63,800 nt of DNA from Thermoplasmatota archaeon (lineage in GTDB: Archaea; Thermoplasmatota; E2; DHVEG-1), in NCBI GenBank assembly GCA_016932245.1, contig JAFGDG010000086.1, positions 1-63,800 on the forward strand, written 5' to 3'. Of this stretch, positions 47,840-57,921 are shown piece by piece. Position 1 is the first letter of the stretch. Each line of letters begins with the position of its first letter. The position numbers and the translations under genes were made by a program. The notes beneath the pieces are model-generated. The model worked only from the letters and a program-made list of their open reading frames with translations. It searched no databases and was not told the origin of the DNA.

Positions 47840-49252
47840 TTAGACTGTATAGACCGCCCCCTCTTTTACTGGCACAATATCCGGTTCTAATGTGTTAAAT
47901 AAATGTGGTTTTTCTGTATGTATAGGGTACAGTGTTTGTGGCTTTATCCTCACAACCATGGCTTTGAGATCTTCACCATTGATATGTCCTGAACAATGAG
48001 ACTGCACAAATCGCAAACCAAAATGGTTCAGCCAATTGCGCATTCGTTCATAAGAGATCTCCATTTCTTCGTTAAATGGCTCTGAAAGAGAATGGATATA
48101 GACACCATGTTTTGGTTGCAAATCAACAAGCATATTCAAATACCAAAAGTTTAACACAATCATATATCGGTTAGGAAATTTCTTAACATCCTCTGCTGTG
48201 ATGATATTGGGATAATTCAGTCGTTTTTTGATGTAATAATCTGAGTAATCTTCGTTGATATAGGTGCCTGTCAATCTCTTTGGTTTTAATAGCATAATTT
48301 TGTCATCTCGACTATCAGGGACCATAAGTTTTTTATCTCGGTGGTACCGCTCAAGAAAGCACGCATGTTTAAAACTGATTACTAGTGTTTTCCCCAATGC
48401 CTCTGCAATACGATAAAAGGTGGTGAACCGGTCCACATCTTTAAAATTAAAGTCAACAAATGTCATGCTGTTGCATGCTGCAATTTCCTTTTTTGACGCT
48501 TCATATACCTGCTGCTCTGATTCCCCTGTATTTTTGGTGTCAATTCGAGTACCTTCGGTGATCATTGCCACTGGTTTTGCTTCTTCAGCTTTAGTTACAA
48601 ACTCATCGGTCATTTCGGCATGAATGCCATGGGATCTGAGATCTCCAGTGTAGACAATTGATCCTTCAGAAGTATGGACGATAAAGCCGTAAGCGCCAGG
48701 CACCGAATGATCGACATGGATTGGTTCAATCTCAAGAGAATCAATGGTTATTGTTTTTCCTGTGCGAAAGGTATGAAATGTACGTCTGGTGGGTGGGGTT
48801 TTATAATCGCATTTATAGACCGGTCGTTTTCGATAATTCATTATTTCATTTTCAATGGTTCGTTGGCTCTGCTCGTCTACCGCCTCTAAAATATATTTAC
48901 ACGTTTCTCCGCAATAAATAGGAATGTCCTTGTGAAGAAAAGAAATATAGTTTGCATGGTCGGCATGTGCATGAGAAAGTACAACTCCTGCAATGTCTGG
49001 TTCTTGAGCCTTTTTTCCTGCATGCTCGAGTAAGTCCTCTCGGTATACACCAGCAATATCAGGGAGCAATCCCAACTCTAGAAAGTCACCCATGCCGTTT
49101 GCAGATCGCGGCATCAAAAACTCTTCAAAAAACTTACCTCTTCTTGTAAAACCCATGCCAAAATCAAGAAAGATTTTTGTTCCACTGTCTTCGAGGAGAA
49201 TTTTGTTACCACCAATTTCATCAACTCCTCCATAAAATGTTAAGGCAACCAC
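47840..49252 (-). CDS. Metallo-beta-lactamase/beta-CASP nuclease, RNase J-like
   Basis: GGVDEIGGN, DFG, SHAHADH, VDHS, YTGD, EGT, HCSGH, PIHTE; GTG start with GGTGA SD. Confidence 0.85.
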   Translation of the reverse strand: MVALTFYGGVDEIGGNKILLEDSGTKIFLDFGMGFTRRGKFFEEFLMPRSANGMGDFLELGLLPDIAGVYREDLLEHAGKKAQEPDIAGVVLSHAHADHANYISFLHKDIPIYCGETCKYILEAVDEQSQRTIENEIMNYRKRPVYKCDYKTPPTRRTFHTFRTGKTITIDSLEIEPIHVDHSVPGAYGFIVHTSEGSIVYTGDLRSHGIHAEMTDEFVTKAEEAKPVAMITEGTRIDTKNTGESEQQVYEASKKEIAACNSMTFVDFNFKDVDRFTTFYRIAEALGKTLVISFKHACFLERYHRDKKLMVPDSRDDKIMLLKPKRLTGTYINEDYSDYYIKKRLNYPNIITAEDVKKFPNRYMIVLNFWYLNMLVDLQPKHGVYIHSLSEPFNEEMEISYERMRNWLNHFGLRFVQSHCSGHINGEDLKAMVVRIKPQTLYPIHTEKPHLFNTLEPDIVPVKEGAVYTV

Positions 49253-49329
49253 GTTTTGTTCACCGCTGCTATTGTTGAACAAGCAGCGTCTACATAAAGG
49301 TTATTGAAGAAAACTAAAGGAACCATTCG

Positions 49330-49446
49330 CTACTTTTTCCGCTCTCGTGCCAAATCCCTAGCTCGTTGTCCAACAACAAACAATTTGGCAATAAATGTAA
49401 TCTCATTCGCTTCTTCTTTGTTTGATACTTGGCCGACAATCATCAT
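49330..49446 (-). CDS. Possible 38-aa small protein
   Basis: Hand translation MMIVGQVSNKEEANEITFIAKLFVVGQRARDLARERKK; fills an otherwise large intergenic gap. Confidence 0.3.
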   Translation of the reverse strand: MMIVGQVSNKEEANEITFIAKLFVVGQRARDLARERKK

Positions 49447-49579
49447 AGGTATCTACGTACCTATTTGCATGTTTACTTTAAAACGTCTTGTTGTACAGAT
49501 GTTATCCACAATTGTCGGTTTGCAATCGAAACTAATAAAGCATGGATGTTTGTTTAAGGGTTGTAAGGGTGTCGCCTTT

Positions 49580-50647
49580 ATGCCAGCAATAAATATATAC
49601 GACATGCTTACCTCTTATGACAAAAAAAACCTTACCATAGCAACGGTTTGTTCGCATTCTTCTCTGCAAATTTTTAACGGCGCAAAAAAGGAAGGATTTA
49701 AAACCTTGGGCATCGCTGTTGGCGAGAAGAAAAAATTCTATGATGCGTTTCCCTTAGGAAAACCAGATGATTTTCTTACAGTAAATAATTACAAAGATAT
49801 TTTGAAATACACTGATGAACTGCGAGAACAAAATGTCATTGTTGTGCCCCATGGGTCATTTGTTGAGTATCTCGGCCCAAAGAATTTTTTAACATTAGCA
49901 GTCCCCACCTTTGGTAATAGACAAGTGCTTACTTGGGAATCTAATCGAAAAAAAGAGCGAGTGTGGCTTGAAGGTGCAGGACTTACGATGCCAAAAGAAA
50001 TTAAGGATCCCAAAAAAATTGATAAACCAGTGATTGTGAAATATCATGGGGCAAAGGGGGGAAAGGGATTTTTTATCGCAAAAACATATGACGAATTTAA
50101 AAAACGTGTCAAAAAAAATAAATCCTTTGCCATCCAAGAATTTGTGATGGGGACTCGATATTATCTACATTACTTTTATTCACCTATTCAGGACAATGCC
50201 TATAAAGTCAGTAAGGGAAGCATTCAACTCCTTTCCATGGATCGTCGCGACGAGACGACCATTGATGAAGTGCAGCGTCTCGGCTCTATTGCTGAGTTGG
50301 AGGAGCTTGGCATTCATCCCACCTTTGTCGTAACGGGTAACATTCCTATTGTGATGCGAGAATCATTACTTCCTAAAGTCTTTCAAATGGGCGAAGCCGT
50401 GGTTGAAAAATCACTAGAACTCTTTGGTGGTGTAATTGGTTCATTTTGTTTAGAAACCGTCGTTACTGAGGATTTGGAGTTTAAGGTATTTGAAATCTCA
50501 GCACGTATTGTTGCAGGAACAAATCCGTATGTTTCAGGCTCTCCCTATGCTGAACTGATTCAACCTGATTTATCAACAGGGAGAAGAATTGCACAAGAAA
50601 TTACATATGCAACAAAGCACAACTGTCTTGATGAAATTTTAAGTTAA
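49580..50647 (+). CDS. purP: 5-formaminoimidazole-4-carboxamide ribonucleotide synthetase PurP
   Basis: SHSSLQI, PHGSF, GAKGGKG, RESLL, EISARIVAGTN; true start at MPAINI. Confidence 0.93.
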   Translation: MPAINIYDMLTSYDKKNLTIATVCSHSSLQIFNGAKKEGFKTLGIAVGEKKKFYDAFPLGKPDDFLTVNNYKDILKYTDELREQNVIVVPHGSFVEYLGPKNFLTLAVPTFGNRQVLTWESNRKKERVWLEGAGLTMPKEIKDPKKIDKPVIVKYHGAKGGKGFFIAKTYDEFKKRVKKNKSFAIQEFVMGTRYYLHYFYSPIQDNAYKVSKGSIQLLSMDRRDETTIDEVQRLGSIAELEELGIHPTFVVTGNIPIVMRESLLPKVFQMGEAVVEKSLELFGGVIGSFCLETVVTEDLEFKVFEISARIVAGTNPYVSGSPYAELIQPDLSTGRRIAQEITYATKHNCLDEILS

Positions 50648-50664
50648 TATCAACCATGAATATT

Positions 50665-51573
50665 TCATGTTAGAAGAGTGACCATAATGGCTATCTGTGC
50701 CCACATTCTGTTTTCCGCCTCATCAAAAATAACAGATTGTTTTCCATGAGCCACTTCTTTAGTGACTTCATAGCCATAGTATGCGGGAAGACAATGCAAA
50801 AAGATAGCATCAGATTTTGCACCTTTCATCAGCGTGTCATCGATCGTATAGTCCTTAAAATCTTGCAAACGCTGTTGTTTTTGCTCCTCATCTCCCATGG
50901 AAACCCAGGTGTCGGTTGCCACAACATCAGCCTCTCTGGTAGAATCTTTTACCAAATCCGTGATTTTTATGGTGATGCCAAACTTCTTTGCTTGATTGAC
51001 AAAGAACGCCTCTGGCCAATATTTTTTAGGAGCGACAATGGTAATATTCATTCCAGTAACGGCGCAGCCCAATAGATAGGAATGCGCCATATTGTTTTTC
51101 CCATCACCTAGGTAAACTAAGTGTAATCCCTTAAGTGTTCCTTTGTGTTCTTTGATGGTCATCAGGTCGGTTATTACCTGACAAGGATGTTCTTTATCAT
51201 CAAGTCCTGAAATCACAGGAACCGTTGCATGGTGTGCCAGTTCTTTCATAGCCCTGTTACTTTTTGCCCGATACATGATGATGTCAACATAGCGAGAAAG
51301 GACAAGTGCGGTATCTTCGATGGACTCTCCACGTCCAAGTTGTAGATCGTTGGTGCTCAAGAAAATGGCATGTCCACCTAATTTTGTCATACCGGTTTCA
51401 AAAGACACCCTGGTCCGTGTACTTGATTTTTCAAAAATCATTCCTAGTGTCTTTCCTTTCAACAGTTCGATATTTATGCCACTTTTTGCCCTCCGTTTTA
51501 AATCGATGCCTCTATCGATAATATCATCCAAGTCATCCTTTACATCTAACATAGAAATAAGGTCTCGTTTCAT
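50665..51573 (-). CDS. argF: Ornithine carbamoyltransferase
   Basis: STRTR, HPCQ, DTWVSMG, HCLP. Confidence 0.93.
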   Translation of the reverse strand: MKRDLISMLDVKDDLDDIIDRGIDLKRRAKSGINIELLKGKTLGMIFEKSSTRTRVSFETGMTKLGGHAIFLSTNDLQLGRGESIEDTALVLSRYVDIIMYRAKSNRAMKELAHHATVPVISGLDDKEHPCQVITDLMTIKEHKGTLKGLHLVYLGDGKNNMAHSYLLGCAVTGMNITIVAPKKYWPEAFFVNQAKKFGITIKITDLVKDSTREADVVATDTWVSMGDEEQKQQRLQDFKDYTIDDTLMKGAKSDAIFLHCLPAYYGYEVTKEVAHGKQSVIFDEAENRMWAQIAIMVTLLT

Positions 51574-51658
51574 CGAAGGGGGGAATGCCCTTTCCTTCTT
51601 TAAACGTATCGTTGTGGGAAAAGCTATATTTACAAAAAACATACCCTGTCGTGAACAG

Positions 51659-52681
51659 ATGGGAATTGATTTAGGGGATCTCTTTAAAAAAGAAAAAGTG
51701 GCCTTTCAAGATATGAAAGACAGCGTTATCGTAATTGATGCCTATAATGTTCTTCATCAATTTCTTTCTAGTATTAGACAGCGAGATGGTACTCCGTTAA
51801 AGGACGCACAAGGAAGAATCACGTCTCATCTTTCTGGTCTGTTTTATCGAACAGCAAACATGGTAGAAGCACGTATCCGTCCGGTCTACGTCTTTGATGG
51901 TGAACCACATATACTCAAGGCAAAAACGCTTCAACAGCGAAAAGAAAGAAAAGAACGAGCTGAAAAGGAATGGAAAGAGGCACTGGAAAAAGGAGATCTG
52001 AAGAAAGCCAGAACAAAAGCACAGCAAACCTCGCGGGTGACCGATGAAATCATCGAGCAAAGTGAAGCATTGCTTACGGCACTAGGAGTCCCGTATATAC
52101 ACGCCCCTTCTGAGGGGGAAGCTCAAGCAAGTTACATGGTCAAAAAAGGCGATGCGTATGCAGCTGGTTCACAGGATTTTGATTGTTTGTTGTTTGGTGC
52201 ACCTATTCTCGTTCGTAATTTAACTTCATCAGGTAAACGAAAATTGCCCAACAAACAAGCTTATGTGAAAGTGAACCCCGAACTCATTCGGCTGAAAGCA
52301 GGATTAAAATCATTGCACATTCTGCAGAAACAGCTGATTGATATGGCCATTCTCATTGGTACCGACTTTAACGACGGCATCAAAGGTATTGGACCAAAAA
52401 AAAGCTTACAGTTGATCAAAAAGGCAGGCAATCTTGAAAATGCCTTGGCAACCGTTGGTGATGCCAATGCACCAACGTTTGATGAAATTGAGCAGATTCG
52501 CAACATTTTCCTCCATCCAAAAGTGACTGACAAGTACTCACTACACTGGAGCGCTCCTGATACTGATGCCGTGCTTGGTATCCTTTGTGACGATCATCAC
52601 TTCAGTCGTGAACGTATTGAACCCATTCTTGAAAAATTCTCATTGATAGAACAGATGATGAAACAAAAAACACTCTTTTAG
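51659..52681 (+). CDS. fen: Flap endonuclease 1
   Basis: MGI, DAYN, VFDG, EGEAQA, SQDFD, GTDFN, C-terminal PIP box QKTLF. Confidence 0.96.
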   Translation: MGIDLGDLFKKEKVAFQDMKDSVIVIDAYNVLHQFLSSIRQRDGTPLKDAQGRITSHLSGLFYRTANMVEARIRPVYVFDGEPHILKAKTLQQRKERKERAEKEWKEALEKGDLKKARTKAQQTSRVTDEIIEQSEALLTALGVPYIHAPSEGEAQASYMVKKGDAYAAGSQDFDCLLFGAPILVRNLTSSGKRKLPNKQAYVKVNPELIRLKAGLKSLHILQKQLIDMAILIGTDFNDGIKGIGPKKSLQLIKKAGNLENALATVGDANAPTFDEIEQIRNIFLHPKVTDKYSLHWSAPDTDAVLGILCDDHHFSRERIEPILEKFSLIEQMMKQKTLF

Positions 52682-52706
52682 TTTTCTTGTACAAATGCCG
52701 TAACGG

Positions 52707-53426
52707 CTAATCCCTCTTCATCAGGAAATTGAGTGAGTCGCCGGGCTTGAATTCCTTCGGCTCCTGTTCATTTTTAAAGATGCGTGCACCGGTACTGCCC
52801 TTTAACGTAACCTTGTTTCCAACAATATGAAGCATAGCACCTTCTCGTAATCCCACGACATACTCTGTGTTATAGCAATGAAACTCTTTGATACGCGTTG
52901 CTCGTGTTTCTCCTTTATATGTTGATTGAGGGTCAGGATCGAGATAATGAGGATTGATATTGAAGGGAACGAGATTCAGCGCGTCAAAACTTGGCGGATA
53001 GACAATAGGCATGTCGTTTGTTGTTTTGATACTTTTACAAGCAACGTTTGAGCCCGCACTGGTACCAATGTAGGGCATGCCTTCTTTTACTTTCTTTCGT
53101 ATATCATCGATGATGTTTGCTTGGTATAATCCGTGCAACAACACAAACGTGTTTCCTCCACCAATAAATAAAACTTCTGCTTTCTTTACTGCATCCTTTG
53201 GCGACGAATGTTCGTGAATGCCAGTGAGTTTATACCCCATTTTTTTAAATCGATCATTTGCAACAGCAGTATACTTGTCGTGGGTCATTCCTCCTGGACG
53301 AGCATAGGGAATAAAGAGCACCTGTTTACCTTTTCCTAAAAATGTTATGATGTTATCAGTACAGTGGTCCAAATATCCGCTCCCATGTAATGTTGAATTG
53401 CTTATGAGTAGTAGTTGCCGAGTCAT
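52707..53426 (-). CDS. pepE: Dipeptidase E (peptidase S51)
   Basis: LLLISNS, GGGNTF, GTSAG, TTNDMPI, NPHY, GETR..RI.EF. Confidence 0.93.
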   Translation of the reverse strand: MTRQLLLISNSTLHGSGYLDHCTDNIITFLGKGKQVLFIPYARPGGMTHDKYTAVANDRFKKMGYKLTGIHEHSSPKDAVKKAEVLFIGGGNTFVLLHGLYQANIIDDIRKKVKEGMPYIGTSAGSNVACKSIKTTNDMPIVYPPSFDALNLVPFNINPHYLDPDPQSTYKGETRATRIKEFHCYNTEYVVGLREGAMLHIVGNKVTLKGSTGARIFKNEQEPKEFKPGDSLNFLMKRD

Positions 53427-53474
53427 AATAAAAAGATTCCCTTTGTTTTTAAAAACTTTGGGGGAACCGACCCC

Positions 53475-53690
53475 TTATTTTTTTATAACTTTAAATCTGT
53501 CAGTCCCTATTAATAGTGCTAACCGCTCGCCATTGTCCCAATTTACCCAGATGAGGTCCTGGTCTTCTTCTATTTCAGTGACAGTCCCCCGGGATCCCTT
53601 TTGCAAAGAGGTCCAGGAATCATCGGTTTCGATAAGCTCGACACGATCTCCAATTTTTACCTTTATTTTCTCTTTCACAGTATCTCCCAA
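53475..53690 (-). CDS. DUF4314 domain protein
   Basis: GDRVELI...L..G.RGTV...VNWDNG..LALL.G.DRF. Confidence 0.85.
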   Translation of the reverse strand: MGDTVKEKIKVKIGDRVELIETDDSWTSLQKGSRGTVTEIEEDQDLIWVNWDNGERLALLIGTDRFKVIKK

Positions 53691-53706
53691 CTCTATGTTT
53701 TTCAGA

Positions 53707-53778
53707 TGCGGATACCGGGATTTGAACCCGGGTGAGTGGCTTGGGAAGCCACTATCATAACCACTAGATCATATCCGC
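53707..53778 (-). tRNA. tRNA-Gly(CCC)
   Basis: Reverse complement GCGGATA...GTGGC-TT CCC AA-GCCAC...GGTTCAAATCC...TATCCGC-A. Confidence 0.95.
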
Positions 53779-53814
53779 AAGAATTGAAAAAGGATGGGAA
53801 GAGAAAACTCCCAT

Positions 53815-55263
53815 CTATATTCGTTCTAAGATTTTCAGCACGTATTTATAGAACTTATCGACGGTACTGACATGCACTTGTTCTTCAGGTGAATGCGGAT
53901 ATTTGATGGTCGGCCCGATAGAAATCATATCCATGCCAGGGAATTTCTCACCAATGATGCCACATTCAAGGCCAGCATGGATGGCTTCTACTTTTGGCTC
54001 TTTTCCATACATTTCTGCAAAGATTTTCTTTGAAAGCTTCAGCACGCTAGATTCAAGATTTGGTTGCCACCCGGGGTATGGAGTATCTTCCTTTACTGAT
54101 GCACCGGAAAGTTCTGCTACTGCTCGTATGCGGTCACGAAAATCTTGTAAGGCAGATCTGATGGAACTTCTCGTGCTCAATCCTATGGATACTCCTCCAT
54201 CTTTCACGGCAACTGTAGCAAGGTTGGTTGATGTTTCCACCAAATCAGGAATATCGTAGCTCATCTTGTCGACGCCATGAGGAAGACCATGCAGCAAATC
54301 CAACAGTTTTGTTTGCGTGTCTTCAGAAAGTGTCGTATGGAGTTTATCAATAGGTTTGACTTCCACCTTGAAGTTGGGATCGATTGGTTTGATCTCTCCG
54401 AGAATATTTTTCTCTTCATTCTTTAATGTTGACACGAACTTATCCTTTGATGCTTTGTCAATGGAAACGGTTGCATATGCTTCTCGTGGTATGGCATTAT
54501 GTTTGTCTCCCCCTTTTATTTCACTGACGTGAACTTTGTAATCATCCTTTGTTTTCCACAACATGCGAGTCAATAATTTGACGGCGTTCCCCCGTTGCTC
54601 GTGGATATCGACACCAGAGTGTCCTCCACGTAACCCTGAGACCTTTATCATCATGCTTTCCAAATTGCCGTTAATAGGTTTGGCTTTTATCGGCAGATGT
54701 ATTTGTGAATCACCGCCACCTGCACAACCAACAGTAATGACACCAAAATCTTCACTGTCAAGATTCAACAGGATTTTGCCGGTAAGCATATTCGATTCCA
54801 TTGCAAATGCACCAGTGAGTCCTGTTTCTTCATCAACGGTAAACAGCGCCTCAAGAGGACCATGTTTTAGATGGGTATCTTCGAGAATAGCTAAGCTTAT
54901 GGCAAGACCGATACCGTTATCAGCACCAAGAGTAGTTCCATCGGCGGTTAAAACATCTCCTTCGAGTTTGAGTTTTATTGGGTCTTTTGAAAAATCATGC
55001 TTAACATCGCTGTTCTTCTCACAGACCATATCCATGTGGCCCTGCAAGATAACCGTTGTTTTCTTCTCCATGCCTTTGCTTGCAGGTTTTGTAATGACCA
55101 CATTTCCTGTTTTATCTGTTTTGAATTTCAAATTCTGTTTCTTGGCAAAATCAAGAATATATGCTCTAATTTTTTCCTCGTGCTTTGAGCACCGAGGTAT
55201 TTTTCGAATTTCATCAAAATGTTTCCATACTAATTTAGGTTCTAAGTTTTTAATGACTGACAT
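53815..55263 (-). CDS. pepD: Aminoacyl-histidine dipeptidase (M20C)
   Basis: QGHMDMV, GADNGIG, DEETG, NLDSE, GGHSG, HAGLECG, HSPEE. Confidence 0.95.
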   Translation of the reverse strand: MSVIKNLEPKLVWKHFDEIRKIPRCSKHEEKIRAYILDFAKKQNLKFKTDKTGNVVITKPASKGMEKKTTVILQGHMDMVCEKNSDVKHDFSKDPIKLKLEGDVLTADGTTLGADNGIGLAISLAILEDTHLKHGPLEALFTVDEETGLTGAFAMESNMLTGKILLNLDSEDFGVITVGCAGGGDSQIHLPIKAKPINGNLESMMIKVSGLRGGHSGVDIHEQRGNAVKLLTRMLWKTKDDYKVHVSEIKGGDKHNAIPREAYATVSIDKASKDKFVSTLKNEEKNILGEIKPIDPNFKVEVKPIDKLHTTLSEDTQTKLLDLLHGLPHGVDKMSYDIPDLVETSTNLATVAVKDGGVSIGLSTRSSIRSALQDFRDRIRAVAELSGASVKEDTPYPGWQPNLESSVLKLSKKIFAEMYGKEPKVEAIHAGLECGIIGEKFPGMDMISIGPTIKYPHSPEEQVHVSTVDKFYKYVLKILERI

Positions 55264-55389
55264 ATCTTACGCCTCCCTCTTTTGCACATCAGGTAATACA
55301 ACCCTTAATTAAAAGATTTGCCAAGACTAGTTTTCTTTTTTATAAAGAAAAAGTATAAATATTGTTTTTCCTTCCCCCATCTGATAATT

Positions 55390-56415
55390 ATGAAAAAAAG
55401 TATACATCTATTCATAGCAAGTATTGTGCTTCTAAACGTGTACACCGTTATCCTGTCTGGACTTTGTGAAGGGAGTGAAGGAAACCATGATATAACGATA
55501 TTGGCTGACGAGTCTCCCCCTGGTTGGGCTGAATTTGACTATGCAATTGATACAATCAGAGTCATCCAGGAAGGAGAGGGTTATACTATTGAGGTAGATG
55601 TAGAAAACCTTGGGTTATGTACTGCTAACAGTGCATACGGATGGGCCTCATCGACAGGAAGATCCTGTTGGGGTGAATGGGATTTTGGATATGATTTTTC
55701 TCACATAACTGACATTTCCTTCCGCGTTGGCGACAGTTCACCAGAACCTGGAGCAAAATATAGAATCGAACTCGACGGTGTTCATTTAGGTGATGCCCAG
55801 GTGCCAGCAAACGATTCATGGTATGTTGTTACCGTTCACAATGTCTCAATTGATGCTGGGTTGCACACGTTGTTTCTTGGAACGTACCAAATGGACTCTA
55901 GACCCGATATCTATCTTGATTACATTGTAGTTGGAGAACAGAGAATTGAAGCGGAGAGATACGATAGAACGGGAGGTAATGATCCAGACCCAGATAGACA
56001 AGGCTTCTATGTCAATCCCGCAAACCTCACTATTCAATTTTGGGACGGAGAAGTGCAGGGGAATGGTGCCCTTATCTCCGAACAAAAAATAGGTATGAAT
56101 CAGACAGTAGCTGATACTGGTCATGACTATCCAGGTAACAATTTTATTACTTACTACGTTCCAAGTAATACGGTATATACGGTCACGACTCCATGGGCTG
56201 CTAGCTTAGGCGATCACGCTATTTACGTTATAATTGATCCCTCTAACGAGTCAGCAGAAACGAATAAAATGAATAATATAGCTTCTAAATATGTAACTAT
56301 TCCTCTCGGGGATACTTCCTCTCCTGACACTATTGCCTTTCCGGGTTTTGAGTTTCTCTTTGCCGCCTGTGCAATGGCACTTGTCCTATTCTTCAAAAAA
56401 CGTACACACAGTTAA
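55390..56415 (+). CDS. Secreted protein with carbohydrate-binding-module-like jelly roll, CARDB-like segment and PGF-CTERM
   Basis: Signal peptide; AGLHTLFL...IYLDYI and IEAERY CBM-like motifs; IDPSNESAETNKMNN (CARDB); FPGFE-TM-KKR. Confidence 0.65.
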   Translation: MKKSIHLFIASIVLLNVYTVILSGLCEGSEGNHDITILADESPPGWAEFDYAIDTIRVIQEGEGYTIEVDVENLGLCTANSAYGWASSTGRSCWGEWDFGYDFSHITDISFRVGDSSPEPGAKYRIELDGVHLGDAQVPANDSWYVVTVHNVSIDAGLHTLFLGTYQMDSRPDIYLDYIVVGEQRIEAERYDRTGGNDPDPDRQGFYVNPANLTIQFWDGEVQGNGALISEQKIGMNQTVADTGHDYPGNNFITYYVPSNTVYTVTTPWAASLGDHAIYVIIDPSNESAETNKMNNIASKYVTIPLGDTSSPDTIAFPGFEFLFAACAMALVLFFKKRTHS

Positions 56416-56482
56416 GTTTCTTTTGCATTAGAAACAATTTATATGGCCCTTCTTTATTTACCTAAATCGGAGGCTTATTATT

Positions 56483-57268
56483 ATGGACTGGGGAATGAAA
56501 AACCGGTTATCAAAAATCATCAAACCAAAAGATGGGCATACGGTTATGCTTGCCGTCGATCATGGCTACTTCATGGGCCCTACGACAGGCCTTGAAAATA
56601 TCAAGACCATGGTTGATCCGTTACTTCGCTATGCTGATACGCTGATGCTCACCAGAGGAGCACTACGAAATTATATCGATCCACATACCACCATACCTAT
56701 TGTTCTTCGTGTCTCTGGCGGAACCAGTATTTTGAATGAAAGCAATCTCCTTCATGAAGGAACAGTAGTGGATATTGAAGATGCCATTAGACTCAATGTG
56801 TCAGGTGTTGCTTTTTCGATTTTGGTTGGCCAACCACATGAACGCGATACCATTCTGGGAATGACGGAGTATATCGATAAGGCAAATCGATATGGCATAC
56901 CAGTTCTTGCCGTCACTGCGGTGGGCAAAGGACTAGGGAAAGACGTACGATATTTATCTCTTGCTTCACGCATGGCAGCTGAGCTCGGTGCTAGTATTGT
57001 CAAAACATACTTCTGTAAAGACTTTGAGAAGATTGTTGAAACCTGTCCCGTACCTATTGTCATTGCAGGTGGTAAAAAACAACCCGAACAGGATGCACTC
57101 AACATGGCATATGACGCAATCCATGCAGGGGCCGTAGGTGTTGATATGGGGAGAAATATCTTTCAGAGCTCAAACCCTGTTGGTATGATGAAAGCGGTCA
57201 ACGCTATTGTACACAAAAAACATACACCAAAAGAAGCGTATGCTCTTTTCACTTCAACGAAAAAGTAA
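56483..57268 (+). CDS. lsrF: LsrF-like 3-hydroxy-5-phosphonooxypentane-2,4-dione thiolase (class I aldolase fold)
   Basis: MDWGMKNRL, MLAVDHGYFMGPTTGLE, AELGA..VKTY, IAGGKK, GVDMGRNIFQ. Confidence 0.88.
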   Translation: MDWGMKNRLSKIIKPKDGHTVMLAVDHGYFMGPTTGLENIKTMVDPLLRYADTLMLTRGALRNYIDPHTTIPIVLRVSGGTSILNESNLLHEGTVVDIEDAIRLNVSGVAFSILVGQPHERDTILGMTEYIDKANRYGIPVLAVTAVGKGLGKDVRYLSLASRMAAELGASIVKTYFCKDFEKIVETCPVPIVIAGGKKQPEQDALNMAYDAIHAGAVGVDMGRNIFQSSNPVGMMKAVNAIVHKKHTPKEAYALFTSTKK

Positions 57269-57341
57269 GCTGTGGTCTGACCGCGATACCTTTATATAAA
57301 GTGCACTATTAACCAGCTAAAAACATAGAAGGGAGATATTT

Positions 57342-57905
57342 ATGGACCCAATTTGGTGGATACTGATGCTAGTGGGCATTCTTGTTGTATTCTTCCTACT
57401 TATTTACTGGGGCTTTTACAACAAGATCATACGCATGGAAAATAGGATAGACAACTCGTGGGCACAAATTGACGTTCAGTTGAAACGACGAGCCGATCTC
57501 ATTCCTAACCTCATGGAAACCGTTAAAGGTTATATGAAACATGAGAAAGAAGTGCTCGAAAACGTCACCAAGGCCCGTTCTGCACTCATGAACGCCAAAA
57601 CACCACAGGAAAACATCAATGCAGACAATATGTTAACCGGCGCATTAAAAAGTCTCTTTGCCGTTTCGGAGAATTACCCCGATCTAAAAGCAAATCAAAA
57701 CTTTCTAAACCTTCAGGATGAGTTGACTAATACTGAAAACAAAATTGCGTACTCTCGCCAACATTTCAACGATTCTGTTCTTGCGTACAACAATACCATT
57801 GAGACGTTTCCTGGCGTGTGGTTTGCAAAGCGCATGGGCCGAAAGGAACGTGAGATGTTACAGATACCTGAAGCATCAAGAGAATTACCAAAAGTAACAT
57901 TTTAA
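57342..57905 (+). CDS. lemA: LemA family protein
   Basis: [39 protein letters not shown]. Confidence 0.95.
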   Translation: MDPIWWILMLVGILVVFFLLIYWGFYNKIIRMENRIDNSWAQIDVQLKRRADLIPNLMETVKGYMKHEKEVLENVTKARSALMNAKTPQENINADNMLTGALKSLFAVSENYPDLKANQNFLNLQDELTNTENKIAYSRQHFNDSVLAYNNTIETFPGVWFAKRMGRKEREMLQIPEASRELPKVTF

Positions 57906-57921
57906 TCCTTCGTTTGGTATC

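Noticed and set aside
49502..49510. Perfect bacterial DnaA box TTATCCACA
   Set aside because: Single copy in an archaeal genome; no ORB repeats or cdc6 nearby; expected by chance.
49304..49579. 92-aa N-terminal extension on PurP
   Set aside because: Not PurP-like; it is an open frame across a divergent promoter region, and the true start is 49580.
51320..51658. 113-aa N-terminal extension on Fen1
   Set aside because: Antisense to argF; Fen1 begins at MGIDLG (51659).
54563..55312. 249-aa plus-strand ORF (and similar antisense ORFs at 2267, 23287, 25176, 35867)
   Set aside because: Antisense shadows of well-supported genes, with no motifs of their own.
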